A stretch of 64,000 bases of DNA from a virus (IMGVR_UViG_3300037418_003103); one strand, 5' to 3'; numbered from the stretch's first letter, positions 1-9,454 are shown. Notes: a model not told the origin generated them from the sequence alone. Numbers and translations are program-made.

Positions 1-236
1 CATTTTCAACCGCTTTCTTAGCTTTCTTGTATAAGAATTCTGACCTGTCGCCAGATTCTATTGCCCGTACCATATCAGTACACTCGATGCAGTCATCAAT
101 CATGGCCATAGATAGAAGAGCGTTTTTAGTAATAACCCTCATCTTAGCAATGAGTAGTGTCTTAACTTCTTCCCATCTCTTTTCATTCTCATCGAAGTTC
201 TGGGCGTACTGCCATGTTATCGTATTATTTTTCATT

Positions 237-1067
237 TTAGATCTTTGAGAATCGTTCATTATTTCTATCTCTTGCTTCTTTCAAGTAAGCAAGAATTTCA
301 GGTACATCTTCCTGTTCAAGACTTTCAATATACACACCCCTTGAAGCACCCTTGCGTGGATGAATGTACCATAATTGCAGGGCAACGCTCGCCTTTGGCT
401 CATCATATATCACCCCAGATTCACAGTGTTCACACTTACCCCAAATGCCCAAATGCTTCGCCCTTGCTTCAATACACACCCATCTGTTAATAGCATCGTG
501 TCCACCAAAGCCACCACGTTTTTCCTGGTTGTTTACTTCTTCGGCTGTTGGTAATTTAGGCATGGTAGATAGAGCAACTCTTTTACCATCCTTCCACTCC
601 ATCCAATTATTTGTGTCTTCATCAAAGTAAAATCTATCCATGCTAAAATGATGTAAGCGTCCTGCCTTAGCCAGTGCAAGCACTTCAACGTCAGTTATTT
701 TATCATGCCATTTTCTCCCTGTATACGCAAAATCGTACCAATCATCAGCAAGCTGTTTTGTTGCTTTATTTTGGCCTGAACCCTCGCACTCAGGACACTC
801 ATGATTCTTACGGTAAACCTCAAAGTAGAAATTAATCAGCTCATTAAGTTCATTCAAGTCCCATTTATGCTCCTTCCATGTGGGAGTAATTATACGGCCA
901 CTCCATCCAGACTCATTGCTCATAGAATCCTCGTAGCAACCCCAGCTGGTGTACTCAGGATTCTTTTTAAGCAGGTCAAGTTGCCAGTCATCAGCCTTTA
1001 AAGCATTTAATTCTTTCTGGTCGTCTTCGTCTATCTGACCGTCTTCGGTAGTGGGATAATTTCTCAT
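237..1067 (-). CDS. hypothetical protein with CPECEGSG zinc-ribbon-like motif
   Basis: 276-aa ORF; conserved promoter motif at 1089-1125 upstream; Cys pairs CxxC. Confidence 0.55.
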   Translation of the reverse strand: MRNYPTTEDGQIDEDDQKELNALKADDWQLDLLKKNPEYTSWGCYEDSMSNESGWSGRIITPTWKEHKWDLNELNELINFYFEVYRKNHECPECEGSGQNKATKQLADDWYDFAYTGRKWHDKITDVEVLALAKAGRLHHFSMDRFYFDEDTNNWMEWKDGKRVALSTMPKLPTAEEVNNQEKRGGFGGHDAINRWVCIEARAKHLGIWGKCEHCESGVIYDEPKASVALQLWYIHPRKGASRGVYIESLEQEDVPEILAYLKEARDRNNERFSKI

Positions 1068-1088
1068 TATTTTTCATTATTTTAGGAG

Positions 1089-1125
1089 TGCAAATATAAG
1101 ATTATTTTTTAAAAGAGCCAAATTG
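1089..1125 (-). promoter_or_regulatory. conserved Bacteroidetes-type promoter (-33 TTTG / -7 TAnnTTTG), phage motif copy
   Basis: tgcaaatataagattatt...ccaaattg on plus strand; reverse complement gives TTTG-N20-TATATTTG upstream of ATG at 1067. Confidence 0.55.
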
Positions 1126-1226
1126 TTATTTTTAAAGATTAAAAGATTGTGAATGGCTAATCAGTTAGTGTACCAGTTGAAATAGACTGAACAAACCACT
1201 GATTGTTCTTTTGAGGAAAAATACAG

Positions 1227-1355
1227 AGATGAGAGCAGGAGTCGAACCTGCAACCTATGAGTACACCGAGGGGCTTATTCCCGTCACCTCATAGCTGTGG
1301 ACTGCAGTAACCCAGATTAGACGTCTGGTGCCTCTACCAATTTGGCCATCTCATC
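1227..1355 (-). tRNA. tRNA-like gene (type II, Leu-like D-arm AATTGGTAGAG) with about 45-nt extra sequence
   Basis: 7/7 acceptor pairing GATGAGA/TCTCATC, T-arm GCAGG-TTCGACT-CCTGC, D-arm present; total 128 nt, too long for a normal tRNA; the anticodon could not be resolved. Confidence 0.5.
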
Positions 1356-1529
1356 TATAAAAGAAAACAGAAGCCCCGTTACAGTGATTACGAGAACCTC
1401 ACATTAGTTCTCTTCTTGTGACAGGAAACACCCATCCATGATCATCTCCTTCAAACATCAGTGTAACGACTGACCACCTTCGATTTAATACGAGACTGCG
1501 GTGTTGTTCTCCAGAGAACTTCTGTTTAG

Positions 1530-1618
1530 ATCCACATACAGGACTCGAACCTGTGACCTCTACTTAAAGGAATGACCCAATCGTTTCAGTGCTCTAACAC
1601 CAACTGAGCTAATGTGGA
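1530..1618 (-). tRNA. tRNA-like gene with about 15-nt extra sequence in the anticodon region
   Basis: acceptor TCCACAT/ATGTGGA 7/7, D-arm GCTC-AGTTGGTGTTA-GAGC, T-arm ACAGG-TTCGAGT-CCTGT, variable loop AGGTC; no intact anticodon stem could be found. Confidence 0.5.
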
Positions 1619-2037
1619 CTCCATAAAATCTCCTTTGTTTACAGTTGTAATAACAGTTTATTATGCCTTCACTGTTTTGCGGCATCTATATTACAACTGT
1701 TCACATTGGAAATTGATTACTAATAGGGTGGTTCATGAAAGCCTCACTGTACATACAGCAGCGTATCCCCTAATTAAACGTATACGTCCTATCTATAATC
1801 AAATAATTTATCCCTCTGCATACAATTGCAATACATTCCTCAACACCTGCGCAGGCAATTGTTACCTCAACTGATTGGTCACTGTACCAATTAAGTCTTT
1901 AGTGCTCAGTGTATAGTAATGAAAAGTGTATTGCAATTGCTCAATCCTTGGGAGCTGATTAATAGAAGCTATTTTGTAACTATGCTGTACTCCTTTCGGT
2001 ACATACAACTATGTCACTATTAATCAGGTAGTTTCAC

Positions 2038-2165
2038 ATCTTATGATAGGGCTCGAACCTATACTTGGTACCCGTTGTGACGCTTATTAAGCGAAGCAGT
2101 GCTATTTCCATACGCTTACTCTATTACTCACTCACGAATCGCTCTACCAATTGGGCAACATAAGA
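2038..2165 (-). tRNA. tRNA-like gene with about 45-nt extra sequence
   Basis: acceptor TCTTATG/CATAAGA 7/7, D-loop AATTGGTAGAG, T-arm ATAGG-TTCGAGC-CCTAT; middle segment is 78 nt where about 32 would be expected. Confidence 0.5.
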
Positions 2166-2303
2166 AGTCTTTATATCTACATTGAGATGATGCATTAATA
2201 CTATTTTTAATATCTGTTATTTTATCACTTAGTCTTCAATCAGTTTACGTCCATAACTAAGAGTGATAGGCAAATATACTACAATTAATTGAGACGGAAA
2301 AAT

Positions 2304-2552
2304 TTACTTTCGTAATGAATTAATAAATTTATCAACTTCCATTAGATTGGTGATGTCCTTCTTGAATGGATTTTCTCTGTAATGAAATTTTAAAAATTTT
2401 AACAAGAGAAATCGCATCTCATCTTCACTTATGGACATCGCAGTTTTATAAACCTTTTTAAACCAATCCCACTCTTTCTTTTGAAAAGAATCAGCCTTCG
2501 CGCCCAGCACTTCTTCTATCTCAGAATCAGGTACTTCTTCAAATTTTTTCAT
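2304..2552 (-). CDS. hypothetical protein
   Basis: 82-aa ORF in co-directional array. Confidence 0.45.
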   Translation of the reverse strand: MKKFEEVPDSEIEEVLGAKADSFQKKEWDWFKKVYKTAMSISEDEMRFLLLKFLKFHYRENPFKKDITNLMEVDKFINSLRK

Positions 2553-2571
2553 AACTAGTGTAATTTAGCAT

Positions 2572-3042
2572 TTAAAACCCATAGATTACTGAGACCACAT
2601 TATCATTAACTTTGATAGTTCCTATGTCGTCGAAGCTATCTCCTCTCCAACGGATGCTACCATTAAGAACCACACCCCACTTTTTAAAGAAGTTATTAAT
2701 CAGATATTCTAGCCACTCAACATAATTGTAGAATTTCTCTCCGCCATCCCACTCCAATTCACCATTATCATTGATGATCCATTGACACCATAATCCTGGC
2801 TGTGTCTTTGGTGGCGTATTGTAGTCAAGAACAGACCTATCTTCTATATCCTGATTGAAGAACTCACCCTCAACTCCATAATCCCCGTCCAGACTATGTT
2901 TTCCCTTGTAGAGTTCCTGTAATATATTTACATCTCTTTTCATCCTGCGTGATTCAGAAAACTGATTGATGTAAACGGTTTGCTTCATTGTAAGTGAAGG
3001 AGTAATTGAAAGACTGCCTTCAAAGTCGGTTGTGTAGCCCAT
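2572..3042 (-). CDS. hypothetical protein
   Basis: 156-aa ORF; promoter motif 3066-3102 lies 27 nt upstream of ATG. Confidence 0.55.
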   Translation of the reverse strand: MGYTTDFEGSLSITPSLTMKQTVYINQFSESRRMKRDVNILQELYKGKHSLDGDYGVEGEFFNQDIEDRSVLDYNTPPKTQPGLWCQWIINDNGELEWDGGEKFYNYVEWLEYLINNFFKKWGVVLNGSIRWRGDSFDDIGTIKVNDNVVSVIYGF

Positions 3043-3065
3043 TTCTATATTTTTAAGTAATTAAT

Positions 3066-3102
3066 AATGCAAATATAAGACTAATTTTTGATTCTACCAA
3101 AT
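3066..3102 (-). promoter_or_regulatory. conserved phage promoter motif copy
   Basis: tgcaaatataagactaatttttgattctaccaaattt. Confidence 0.55.
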
Positions 3103-3612
3103 TTATTTTAACTCATACAAGTGAAAACATATTACATATTGAAAATCATTCCCGAAATCTTCATCATCCAAGTATTCATGTTGTGGATTAAGTTTTCCTA
3201 TGTAAGTACCCCATTTATGCCAGCGCCAACCACCGCCCTTGCCTTTGTTTTCTTTATCTTGGTAAACAGGCGTCATGGTTAAAAAGAACTTCCGATTAGG
3301 ATCTTCCATTTCTTCTTTGAAATACTCTTTTAATTGGTCTACGCTGTCGGCCACCCCATATTGGGCTTTATTATAATCTGGTGCAAAGACTTCATAGGAA
3401 TTCTTAAATGGAATGCTGAAAACTCTCTCATCAATATTATATTCTATAAATTCATTGTATGAGAAATTGAAGTCTAAATTGCATTGATAAATGCCGTCGC
3501 CATACTCCATTAATCTTTCATCGCATTGAGGTATATACTTAAAGTTATTTTCCTCAGCAATCTTTTTCCTTCTTTCTATTTCTTTTCGATTTGGTGTTAA
3601 ATTTACAAACAT
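3103..3612 (-). CDS. hypothetical protein
   Basis: 169-aa ORF. Confidence 0.55.
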   Translation of the reverse strand: MFVNLTPNRKEIERRKKIAEENNFKYIPQCDERLMEYGDGIYQCNLDFNFSYNEFIEYNIDERVFSIPFKNSYEVFAPDYNKAQYGVADSVDQLKEYFKEEMEDPNRKFFLTMTPVYQDKENKGKGGGWRWHKWGTYIGKLNPQHEYLDDEDFGNDFQYVICFHLYELK

Positions 3613-3740
3613 AGTATTTTATTTTATGTTAGTTAATAGATATGCTTCCAATATGGCAGAACTAGTCGGATGGCTTATATAATCTCCATCAGCATCTACG
3701 TCAAGTACTTTGGTTGCTGCTTCTAATATCCACACGGATG

Positions 3741-3929
3741 TTATTTGTTTTCAAATTGTTCAACTTCTTCATAAGAAAGTATTTCCGTATTCGTGATTCT
3801 TTCACTTGCGCTCCTGTCAGGAAAATAAGAGAAGCTGTAATCCATGTTATTAATTATATCCTCAATTTCTTCACCTTCTTCCAGAATAGCTTCAATGTTG
3901 GCAGTGACCTTTAAAATAACTGTTTTCAT
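3741..3929 (-). CDS. hypothetical acidic small protein
   Basis: 62-aa ORF directly downstream of promoter copy 3945-3980. Confidence 0.45.
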   Translation of the reverse strand: MKTVILKVTANIEAILEEGEEIEDIINNMDYSFSYFPDRSASERITNTEILSYEEVEQFENK

Positions 3930-3944
3930 ACTTTTAATTTTTAT

Positions 3945-3980
3945 GCAAATATAAGACTAATTATTGAAACTACCAAATTA
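3945..3980 (-). promoter_or_regulatory. conserved phage promoter motif copy
   Basis: tgcaaatataagactaattattgaaactaccaaatt. Confidence 0.55.
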
Positions 3981-4790
3981 ATGTTTTTCTCTCTCAGCTT
4001 CCCTCTTGTATCCGTTTTTCCTATAAGGCGCTATGAAAACCACTCTTGTATCACCCCTTCCAACTCCAACATGCCTTAGTGCCAAGTGTCCACTAACGTC
4101 AAATCCCTCTGAACGAATATAAGTTACATTCCAGTCGGAATTGATAAGAATAAACTTCATATCCGTATTGTTAAGGATCTTTCCAGACTTCTGAGTGCCG
4201 TACCTTGAATTGGGTTGAACTTCCCTAACCTCCACTTCCGATAAGAATATAAAGCAGAGCAGGGCAAATACCTTATGCTCGAAGTATTCTATGTTATCAT
4301 CAAATTGATCCAGAATTACTTCTTCTCCACCCAATGCTCGAAGTTTATCATACTCACCCATTATGGAAAGGCCTGTGTCTAAATTTGCTCTCCATAAATT
4401 CCACTTGAATCCCAGCCAATTAAAATCCTTACCATCATAAACCTCTCCTTTAAAAAAGAAAATACCGACCTTTAGCGTATCTCCCACTCTTTTAATTCGC
4501 AGTATCTCATTATCTGGAAGAAGATAAGTCTTTGTAGATCCATCTATATGTTTCTTGAATATGCCATAATTGTATGGCTTCTTTAATTTAAGGAAGGATA
4601 GGCTTTTCATTACATTTGCAGATACAATGTATCTCTCACTATCCCCTAATAAAAAATTGTCCAGCTCTTTCTGAGGATCGGTTTCAGGTGTAATCAAATC
4701 TGTATAGGCCAGCAGGTGGTTAGCTATCACCCTTTGACGAAGTGACTGGTCTGCTAAAAATAACTTTCCTACATGATTATTAACTTTCAT
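3978..4790 (-). CDS. hypothetical protein
   Basis: 270-aa ORF; degenerate promoter 4793-4838 abuts ATG (leaderless). Confidence 0.55.
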   Translation of the reverse strand: MKVNNHVGKLFLADQSLRQRVIANHLLAYTDLITPETDPQKELDNFLLGDSERYIVSANVMKSLSFLKLKKPYNYGIFKKHIDGSTKTYLLPDNEILRIKRVGDTLKVGIFFFKGEVYDGKDFNWLGFKWNLWRANLDTGLSIMGEYDKLRALGGEEVILDQFDDNIEYFEHKVFALLCFIFLSEVEVREVQPNSRYGTQKSGKILNNTDMKFILINSDWNVTYIRSEGFDVSGHLALRHVGVGRGDTRVVFIAPYRKNGYKREAEREKH

Positions 4791-4792
4791 GC

Positions 4793-4838
4793 TGCAAATT
4801 TAAGACTAATAATTGAAAGGGAAAAATTATTTTCATTG
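4793..4838 (-). promoter_or_regulatory. degenerate promoter copy; -7 TAAATTTG lies 4 nt from ATG
   Basis: gctgcaaatttaagactaataattgaaagg. Confidence 0.4.
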
Positions 4839-5045
4839 AAAAAAATCCTCAGCTTTGAGAATAAATCTCTCATCTGACATCTTCATCAATTTATCCTTCG
4901 TTTCAGTATCAAACCATGCAGATAATCTATTACCGTCATTGTCGTCTGATAAATTATATAGGCCTCTAGCGGCACCATCACCTTCATTAAGGCATATTCC
5001 GTTTACCTCTCTTAGCACTTTCATAATATTATTTATTATATTCAA
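4833..5045 (-). CDS. hypothetical protein
   Basis: 70-aa ORF. Confidence 0.4.
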   Translation of the reverse strand: MNIINNIMKVLREVNGICLNEGDGAARGLYNLSDDNDGNRLSAWFDTETKDKLMKMSDERFILKAEDFFQ

Positions 5046-5319
5046 AAATTATTTCTTCTGGAATGTAGTAAGCCAGTTCGCATAAGTAATTTATACCCTC
5101 TGTTCTATCAGAAGTTCTATATGCGCCACCAACGTGGCATCTTTTTATATTATCAGTGAAACGACAGAGGTAACTGGTTTGACCATTGATCTGACGTTTA
5201 AATGGCCTATTATTACCTTGCAAGTCTTTTCTTATATTTGGATAGTCAATTATGGCCACGGCCTCGCCGCTCCCTGTTTTAACCAGAACTTTTTGGCCTA
5301 AGACGAATTCTTTTTTCAT
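5029..5319 (-). CDS. hypothetical protein
   Basis: 96-aa ORF; promoter-like 5322-5365 abuts ATG. Confidence 0.5.
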   Translation of the reverse strand: MKKEFVLGQKVLVKTGSGEAVAIIDYPNIRKDLQGNNRPFKRQINGQTSYLCRFTDNIKRCHVGGAYRTSDRTEGINYLCELAYYIPEEIIFEYNK

Positions 5320-5321
5320 AC

Positions 5322-5365
5322 TGCAAAAATAAGAGTAAAAATTGGAATAGAAAAATTTATTTTAG
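5322..5365 (-). promoter_or_regulatory. degenerate promoter copy
   Basis: tgcaaaaataagagtaaaaattggaatagaaaaattt. Confidence 0.4.
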
Positions 5366-5367
5366 TG

Positions 5368-5676
5368 CTATTCAGAATGTGAGGTAAAAAATTCGTCCAC
5401 ACTCATTTCATTTCCTCTTTCAAATGAACCCTTATCTGTTTTCATGAAAATTTTTAATGCATCGTTGATTTCAACATCGGTTGTTACTTTTATGTTTTGC
5501 TTGGCCAAGTATTCTTTAAATTCCTTCTGGCACTCATAACAAACATAGCCAACTGTTCCGACATAAGTATGACACATTATTTGATCACAGCCCTTTCGGC
5601 TGCATGACATTACGCCCATATTATTTTTTATTTTATTGTAAGGGTTCAGTGGATATATGCGTAGGCGTCTGGCCAC
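5368..5676 (-). CDS. hypothetical Cys-rich (zinc-ribbon-like) protein
   Basis: 102-aa ORF; CSRKGC...CHTY...CYEC. Confidence 0.5.
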   Translation of the reverse strand: MARRLRIYPLNPYNKIKNNMGVMSCSRKGCDQIMCHTYVGTVGYVCYECQKEFKEYLAKQNIKVTTDVEINDALKIFMKTDKGSFERGNEMSVDEFFTSHSE

Positions 5677-5845
5677 TCACATCAATAGAGTACTTCCACT
5701 TCTTATTTTTTTCGTCATAGTGCTTGCTAACACGCGCCTGGGTATAAATAAATTTCTTGGCGTGGCTGGTCAGACTTCTTACCAGATACGTTCCGCTTTC
5801 AGCTGGAAGGTACTCAGGTGTTATTTCTTGCATTTCTATATTCAT
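5633..5845 (-). CDS. hypothetical protein
   Basis: 70-aa ORF; 44-nt overlap with downstream gene, so the true start may be internal. Confidence 0.35.
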   Translation of the reverse strand: MNIEMQEITPEYLPAESGTYLVRSLTSHAKKFIYTQARVSKHYDEKNKKWKYSIDVSGQTPTHISTEPLQ

Positions 5846-5886
5846 GAGAACTCAATTGTGTACATACTTAGGAGAATACTAATTCA

Positions 5887-6099
5887 TTATTTCATCCACC
5901 ACTCGTCATCATCCACTTCTTCTAATTTGGTTAGAAGAGTAGAATCTTCAAATTCAACTACTCCCTTCTCTCTTACAGTGTCTAAGTAATTACCTATTTC
6001 GAGATCATTGGATACCTGTTTTAAGGCCACCGCAATTTCTTCTGCAGTGCCTTCACCTGTGATTGTGATTTGTATATTCATTTGATTTATTTTATACAA
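5887..6099 (-). CDS. hypothetical acidic protein
   Basis: 70-aa ORF; promoter copy 6096-6130 upstream. Confidence 0.45.
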   Translation of the reverse strand: MYKINQMNIQITITGEGTAEEIAVALKQVSNDLEIGNYLDTVREKGVVEFEDSTLLTKLEEVDDDEWWMK

Positions 6100-6130
6100 A
6101 TATAAGACTAATTATTTAAAGTACCAAAAA
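6096..6130 (-). promoter_or_regulatory. conserved phage promoter motif copy
   Basis: tacaaatataagactaattatttaaagtaccaaaaa. Confidence 0.5.
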
Positions 6131-6169
6131 ATAATGGCAAGTATTTTTCAACTTGTCATTACACTTATT

Positions 6170-7234
6170 TTAAGATAATACTAATTCATTCTTTCTTATA
6201 AGGATTCCTGCCTCATTAACAGCGAAGTTATAAGCGGCCATGTTCGCAGTATAAGCAGAACCCACCATCAGAGTTTCCTCGAAGCCATTTACTCTTTTTG
6301 GTTTGGCTCTGGTGTGTGTTGTCCAATGAGTAACACCTGAGAATAACCCGAACAAATTTTCTCCCTTATCAGCAATTTGATCATCAATACTTGCATACAG
6401 GGAATCCATGTGATTGATGGCCTTTGAAGTCTTCTTAGCTTGATCTTCCAAACTTGTAAATATTCTATCATGCCCAAGCACTTCTTTAACCATGGCATCT
6501 GCCAGATTCTTGGTAAGAGGCGTATTCATGAATTTTTGATAAACAAGCATTTGTTTCATGCTCTCAGATAAAGCTGTTTCAATGAGCACAGGCATTGTCT
6601 TTAGCTTTACTTCAAGCGTTGAAGTATGCCTGAACTTTGCCTCTCCTTTCTTATAGAATTTAAAGAATTGATTCTCACAGCTCATTACTTTATCTCCGAT
6701 ACCCACGCTAAGGCCAGTAGACCCATCATTGCTGTCAATGATAGTAACAAAGCGCTCGATTTCTTCATCTCCGATCTTATTAAAACCCTTTATGCCAAGT
6801 TGAAAAAATACCTTGCGGCCACCGTGCAGAGCACCTGCCTTTGTTACCCTGAGTGTATCGCCAAACTTTTCCATTCCACGCAACACCAATTCAACAACCT
6901 CGGCATTTTGAGATACAACATATCCCTCTTTACAGGTATTGAGTGCGTCGCCTGTTTTACTATTATAAAGACCGTAATAGGGTGAAGGAAACGCCTTGGC
7001 CCCCTCATTAGGAGTAATTGCTACCTTCCTAAGTCTTTTACGATCCTTGGCATCAGGATCATCTGAATTCTTAACCATTTTGAAAGTCACGTCATCCTGA
7101 TTAAAGCCAAACAGAACCCGCTTCTCAATAATAAAGTCAAGACCGTATTTTCTAAGCATCCGATTAACCTTATCTCTCAGGTGCTGATCCATACTAAGTT
7201 GAACATTATTAGCATCATTTGTTACAATTTCCAT
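6170..7234 (-). CDS. hypothetical protein (354 aa)
   Basis: long ORF; promoter-like motif 7255-7295 upstream. Confidence 0.6.
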   Translation of the reverse strand: MEIVTNDANNVQLSMDQHLRDKVNRMLRKYGLDFIIEKRVLFGFNQDDVTFKMVKNSDDPDAKDRKRLRKVAITPNEGAKAFPSPYYGLYNSKTGDALNTCKEGYVVSQNAEVVELVLRGMEKFGDTLRVTKAGALHGGRKVFFQLGIKGFNKIGDEEIERFVTIIDSNDGSTGLSVGIGDKVMSCENQFFKFYKKGEAKFRHTSTLEVKLKTMPVLIETALSESMKQMLVYQKFMNTPLTKNLADAMVKEVLGHDRIFTSLEDQAKKTSKAINHMDSLYASIDDQIADKGENLFGLFSGVTHWTTHTRAKPKRVNGFEETLMVGSAYTANMAAYNFAVNEAGILIRKNELVLS

Positions 7235-7254
7235 AACTTTATATTTTATTTAAG

Positions 7255-7295
7255 CTTTTATAAAGATAAGACTAATTTTGATAGTCTTACAAAAA
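7255..7295 (-). promoter_or_regulatory. promoter copy
   Basis: tttataaagataagactaattttgatagtcttacaaaaaaattt. Confidence 0.4.
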
Positions 7296-7305
7296 AATTT
7301 TTAAA

Positions 7306-7611
7306 TTATTTGTTAAAATATTTATATAGGTATTCATAGATATTAATTAGATCACCTACAAAACAATCTCCCAAGGGCATTTCCTCAGTGACGCCCCAGT
7401 CAGATACGAAGAGAGTAATCACACCAAACTTGTACTCCAGACCTTTAACTTCTACTAGATTAGTATTAGTCTGTATTGTTAAAGATTCATCATCATTAAA
7501 ACCTATTCTCTTACAATCGAATAACATATTGCTAATGGCCATCGTTATATCAGAACGGAGTCTGTCATAAGCCTTATTAAAGTCAATCATCTTTTTCATA
7601 CTTTTATGCAA
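7306..7611 (-). CDS. hypothetical protein
   Basis: 101-aa ORF; promoter 7607-7642 upstream. Confidence 0.5.
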   Translation of the reverse strand: MHKSMKKMIDFNKAYDRLRSDITMAISNMLFDCKRIGFNDDESLTIQTNTNLVEVKGLEYKFGVITLFVSDWGVTEEMPLGDCFVGDLINIYEYLYKYFNK

Positions 7612-7642
7612 ATATAAGACTAATAGTTGAAAGTACCAAATT
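7607..7642 (-). promoter_or_regulatory. conserved phage promoter motif copy
   Basis: tgcaaatataagactaatagttgaaagtaccaaattt. Confidence 0.55.
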
Positions 7643-7917
7643 TATTTTATTTCAAGTTTTATGGAGATATCAATTAACCGCTCCAGAGACTGTGCATTCA
7701 GATTCCATTGGTAACCGAAGGCATCATACGCATGGCTATCGCTAACGTATTTGATTTCATCAATGTCCACCAGCATAACAGGAACATCGCTTATCTCCTT
7801 CTTCACGCCATGATGGTGAACATGATTTCCAATAGCGGTTATCAATCTATGCTTCATGTTCTTGTATTCGAGACTAAATGAATTATCCATAATATTTTGT
7901 TTTGTTGACGTTGCCAA
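7642..7917 (-). CDS. hypothetical protein (His-rich HVHHHG)
   Basis: 91-aa ORF. Confidence 0.45.
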   Translation of the reverse strand: MATSTKQNIMDNSFSLEYKNMKHRLITAIGNHVHHHGVKKEISDVPVMLVDIDEIKYVSDSHAYDAFGYQWNLNAQSLERLIDISIKLEIK

Positions 7918-7962
7918 ATTTATTTTGTTTAAGCATTTGATACTATCAATAATACATGTTTT

Positions 7963-8244
7963 TTATAAATCTAAATCCAGTGTGTATTCAAAATCCTCGG
8001 CGGGTATAGATAAGTACATGTCTTGTACCTTGCTAGCTAACTCACAATAATCAGTATTACTATCAGCTGACATCATCTTACGTTTGCCAGGTGCATTTAG
8101 GGTATTACTTGATGTGATCCCAATCCCTACATCTATTGCATCTATTCCAGCTCTCTGTAAGGCTCTGGTAATAGCACAATCGTATACATCCGTATAATTT
8201 GTTTCCTTAAAATCCTTCTTAAGAAAGTTTAGTTTTATATTCAT
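7963..8244 (-). CDS. hypothetical protein
   Basis: 93-aa ORF. Confidence 0.45.
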   Translation of the reverse strand: MNIKLNFLKKDFKETNYTDVYDCAITRALQRAGIDAIDVGIGITSSNTLNAPGKRKMMSADSNTDYCELASKVQDMYLSIPAEDFEYTLDLDL

Positions 8245-8256
8245 ATTTTTAATTTT

Positions 8257-8529
8257 TTAGATAAAATAGATATCGCTTGATGGCCTGTAACCATGCTTCT
8301 TTTCAAATGTCTCAATCAATTCTCTGGCAACTTTCTTGCTTTCATCATTTCTGAGATCAGTTTTATAGTCAGCGGAAGATACGTGTTCAAGCCATTTTAT
8401 ACAGAGCCTTGTAAAGGATTGTTGTTTTGTACGGTGTTCATGAGACATGACTTCATTGAACTCGTTTTGATTCAAACTGAATGAGCTTACAAATTCGGTA
8501 ATATCCTTAACTGTTTTCTGAGTGTCCAT
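8257..8529 (-). CDS. hypothetical protein
   Basis: 90-aa ORF; promoter 8590-8626 upstream. Confidence 0.5.
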   Translation of the reverse strand: MDTQKTVKDITEFVSSFSLNQNEFNEVMSHEHRTKQQSFTRLCIKWLEHVSSADYKTDLRNDESKKVARELIETFEKKHGYRPSSDIYFI

Positions 8530-8589
8530 TGTCTATATTTTGAATGAATAAAATTAAAGGAATCAAAGTCCTTTGTCAAACATTTAGAC

Positions 8590-8626
8590 TGCAAATATAA
8601 GACTAATAATTGGGAATACCAAATTT
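8590..8626 (-). promoter_or_regulatory. conserved phage promoter motif copy
   Basis: tgcaaatataagactaataattgggaataccaaattt. Confidence 0.55.
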
Positions 8627-8688
8627 ATTTATTATTGATTAATTGCGGTAACCGTATATCGTATCATAAGTATAAATTTATTTATACA

Positions 8689-8931
8689 TTAAAAAATACT
8701 TCGTATAGAATCTCCACCAGGATAGCACTGGATTTTAGTCACTTGCAAGTCCCTTCCTATATGCTCATGAATTTTTTCCTCTGAATTATTTTTAAGGATG
8801 CTGGAGAGCATTTCTTCTGCTTCTTTTATTGTCAGGTAGTTCCTACGATAATTATTGGTGAAGGCCAGTCCTCTCACTCCATCCTGTTTAATGGCTGTAA
8901 TACTGTAGCGAGTATGAGTTTTTATTTTCAT
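8689..8931 (-). CDS. hypothetical protein
   Basis: 80-aa ORF; promoter at 8934-8975. Confidence 0.5.
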   Translation of the reverse strand: MKIKTHTRYSITAIKQDGVRGLAFTNNYRRNYLTIKEAEEMLSSILKNNSEEKIHEHIGRDLQVTKIQCYPGGDSIRSIF

Positions 8932-8933
8932 AA

Positions 8934-9017
8934 TGCAAATATAGGTTTATAAATTAAATCTACCAACTTTAATTAAAAATAAATTTGGTACTTTCAATAA
9001 TTAGTCTTATATTTGCA
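8934..9017. promoter_or_regulatory. divergent promoter pair (strand-switch point)
   Basis: minus-type motif 8934-8975 and its reverse complement aaatttggtactttcaataattagtcttatatttgca 8981-9017 on the plus strand. Confidence 0.55.
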
Positions 9018-9032
9018 TTAAATTAATCAGGC

Positions 9033-9155
9033 ATGATAATCGATAGAAAGATAATGATACATCAATCCCACGAATATTCACATAGTGTAAAAATAATTTG
9101 TCAGAATAAAAAAATAGTCTTATATTTGCATATCGAAAATAACAACTCAATATAA
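9033..9155 (+). CDS. possible small ORF (40 aa)
   Basis: ATG 16 nt after plus promoter; contains the second plus promoter copy (9105-9135) within its 3' end. Confidence 0.2.
   Translation: MIIDRKIMIHQSHEYSHSVKIICQNKKIVLYLHIENNNSI
9105..9135 (+). promoter_or_regulatory. plus-strand promoter copy
   Basis: aatagtcttatatttgcatatcg with TTTG upstream. Confidence 0.45.
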
Positions 9156-9156
9156 A

Positions 9157-9450
9157 TTGGTATCATCAGAATTTTTTAGTAGTTTTGCATCAGATAAAAA
9201 CCATATCTTAAAAATGACCAACTACCAATGCACCAGTCTGGAGGCTAAGGAAAATAATATTGATCTGGAGCTTGAAGCCAAAGGCGCTGGAAACTGGGAG
9301 GCATTCAGAAGTTCACTGGGTCTTAGTAGCAAAGAGACTGAAATCCTACAACTCTGGATACATAAGAAAAACCTTGAATTTTATCATATGGGAATCAATA
9401 ACTTCAGAAATAGGGTAAGAGAGCTTCTCTTGTCGCCTGACGTTCAGTAG
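9157..9450 (+). CDS. hypothetical protein
   Basis: plus-strand ORF; the ORF-track start at 9157 is TTG; first ATG in frame near 9214 (MTNYQC...). Confidence 0.45.
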   Translation: MVSSEFFSSFASDKNHILKMTNYQCTSLEAKENNIDLELEAKGAGNWEAFRSSLGLSSKETEILQLWIHKKNLEFYHMGINNFRNRVRELLLSPDVQ

Positions 9451-9454
9451 GTGT

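Noticed and set aside
1614-1874. 86-aa plus-strand ORF overlapping the tRNA cluster.
   Set aside because: It overlaps the tRNA-like gene at 1530-1618, has no promoter motif and is on the opposite strand to the neighbouring tRNA-like genes, so it is likely spurious.
9157-9159. ATG start of ORF 9157-9450.
   Set aside because: The codon is TTG. The ORF track uses alternative starts, and the first in-frame ATG is near 9214, so the start is uncertain.
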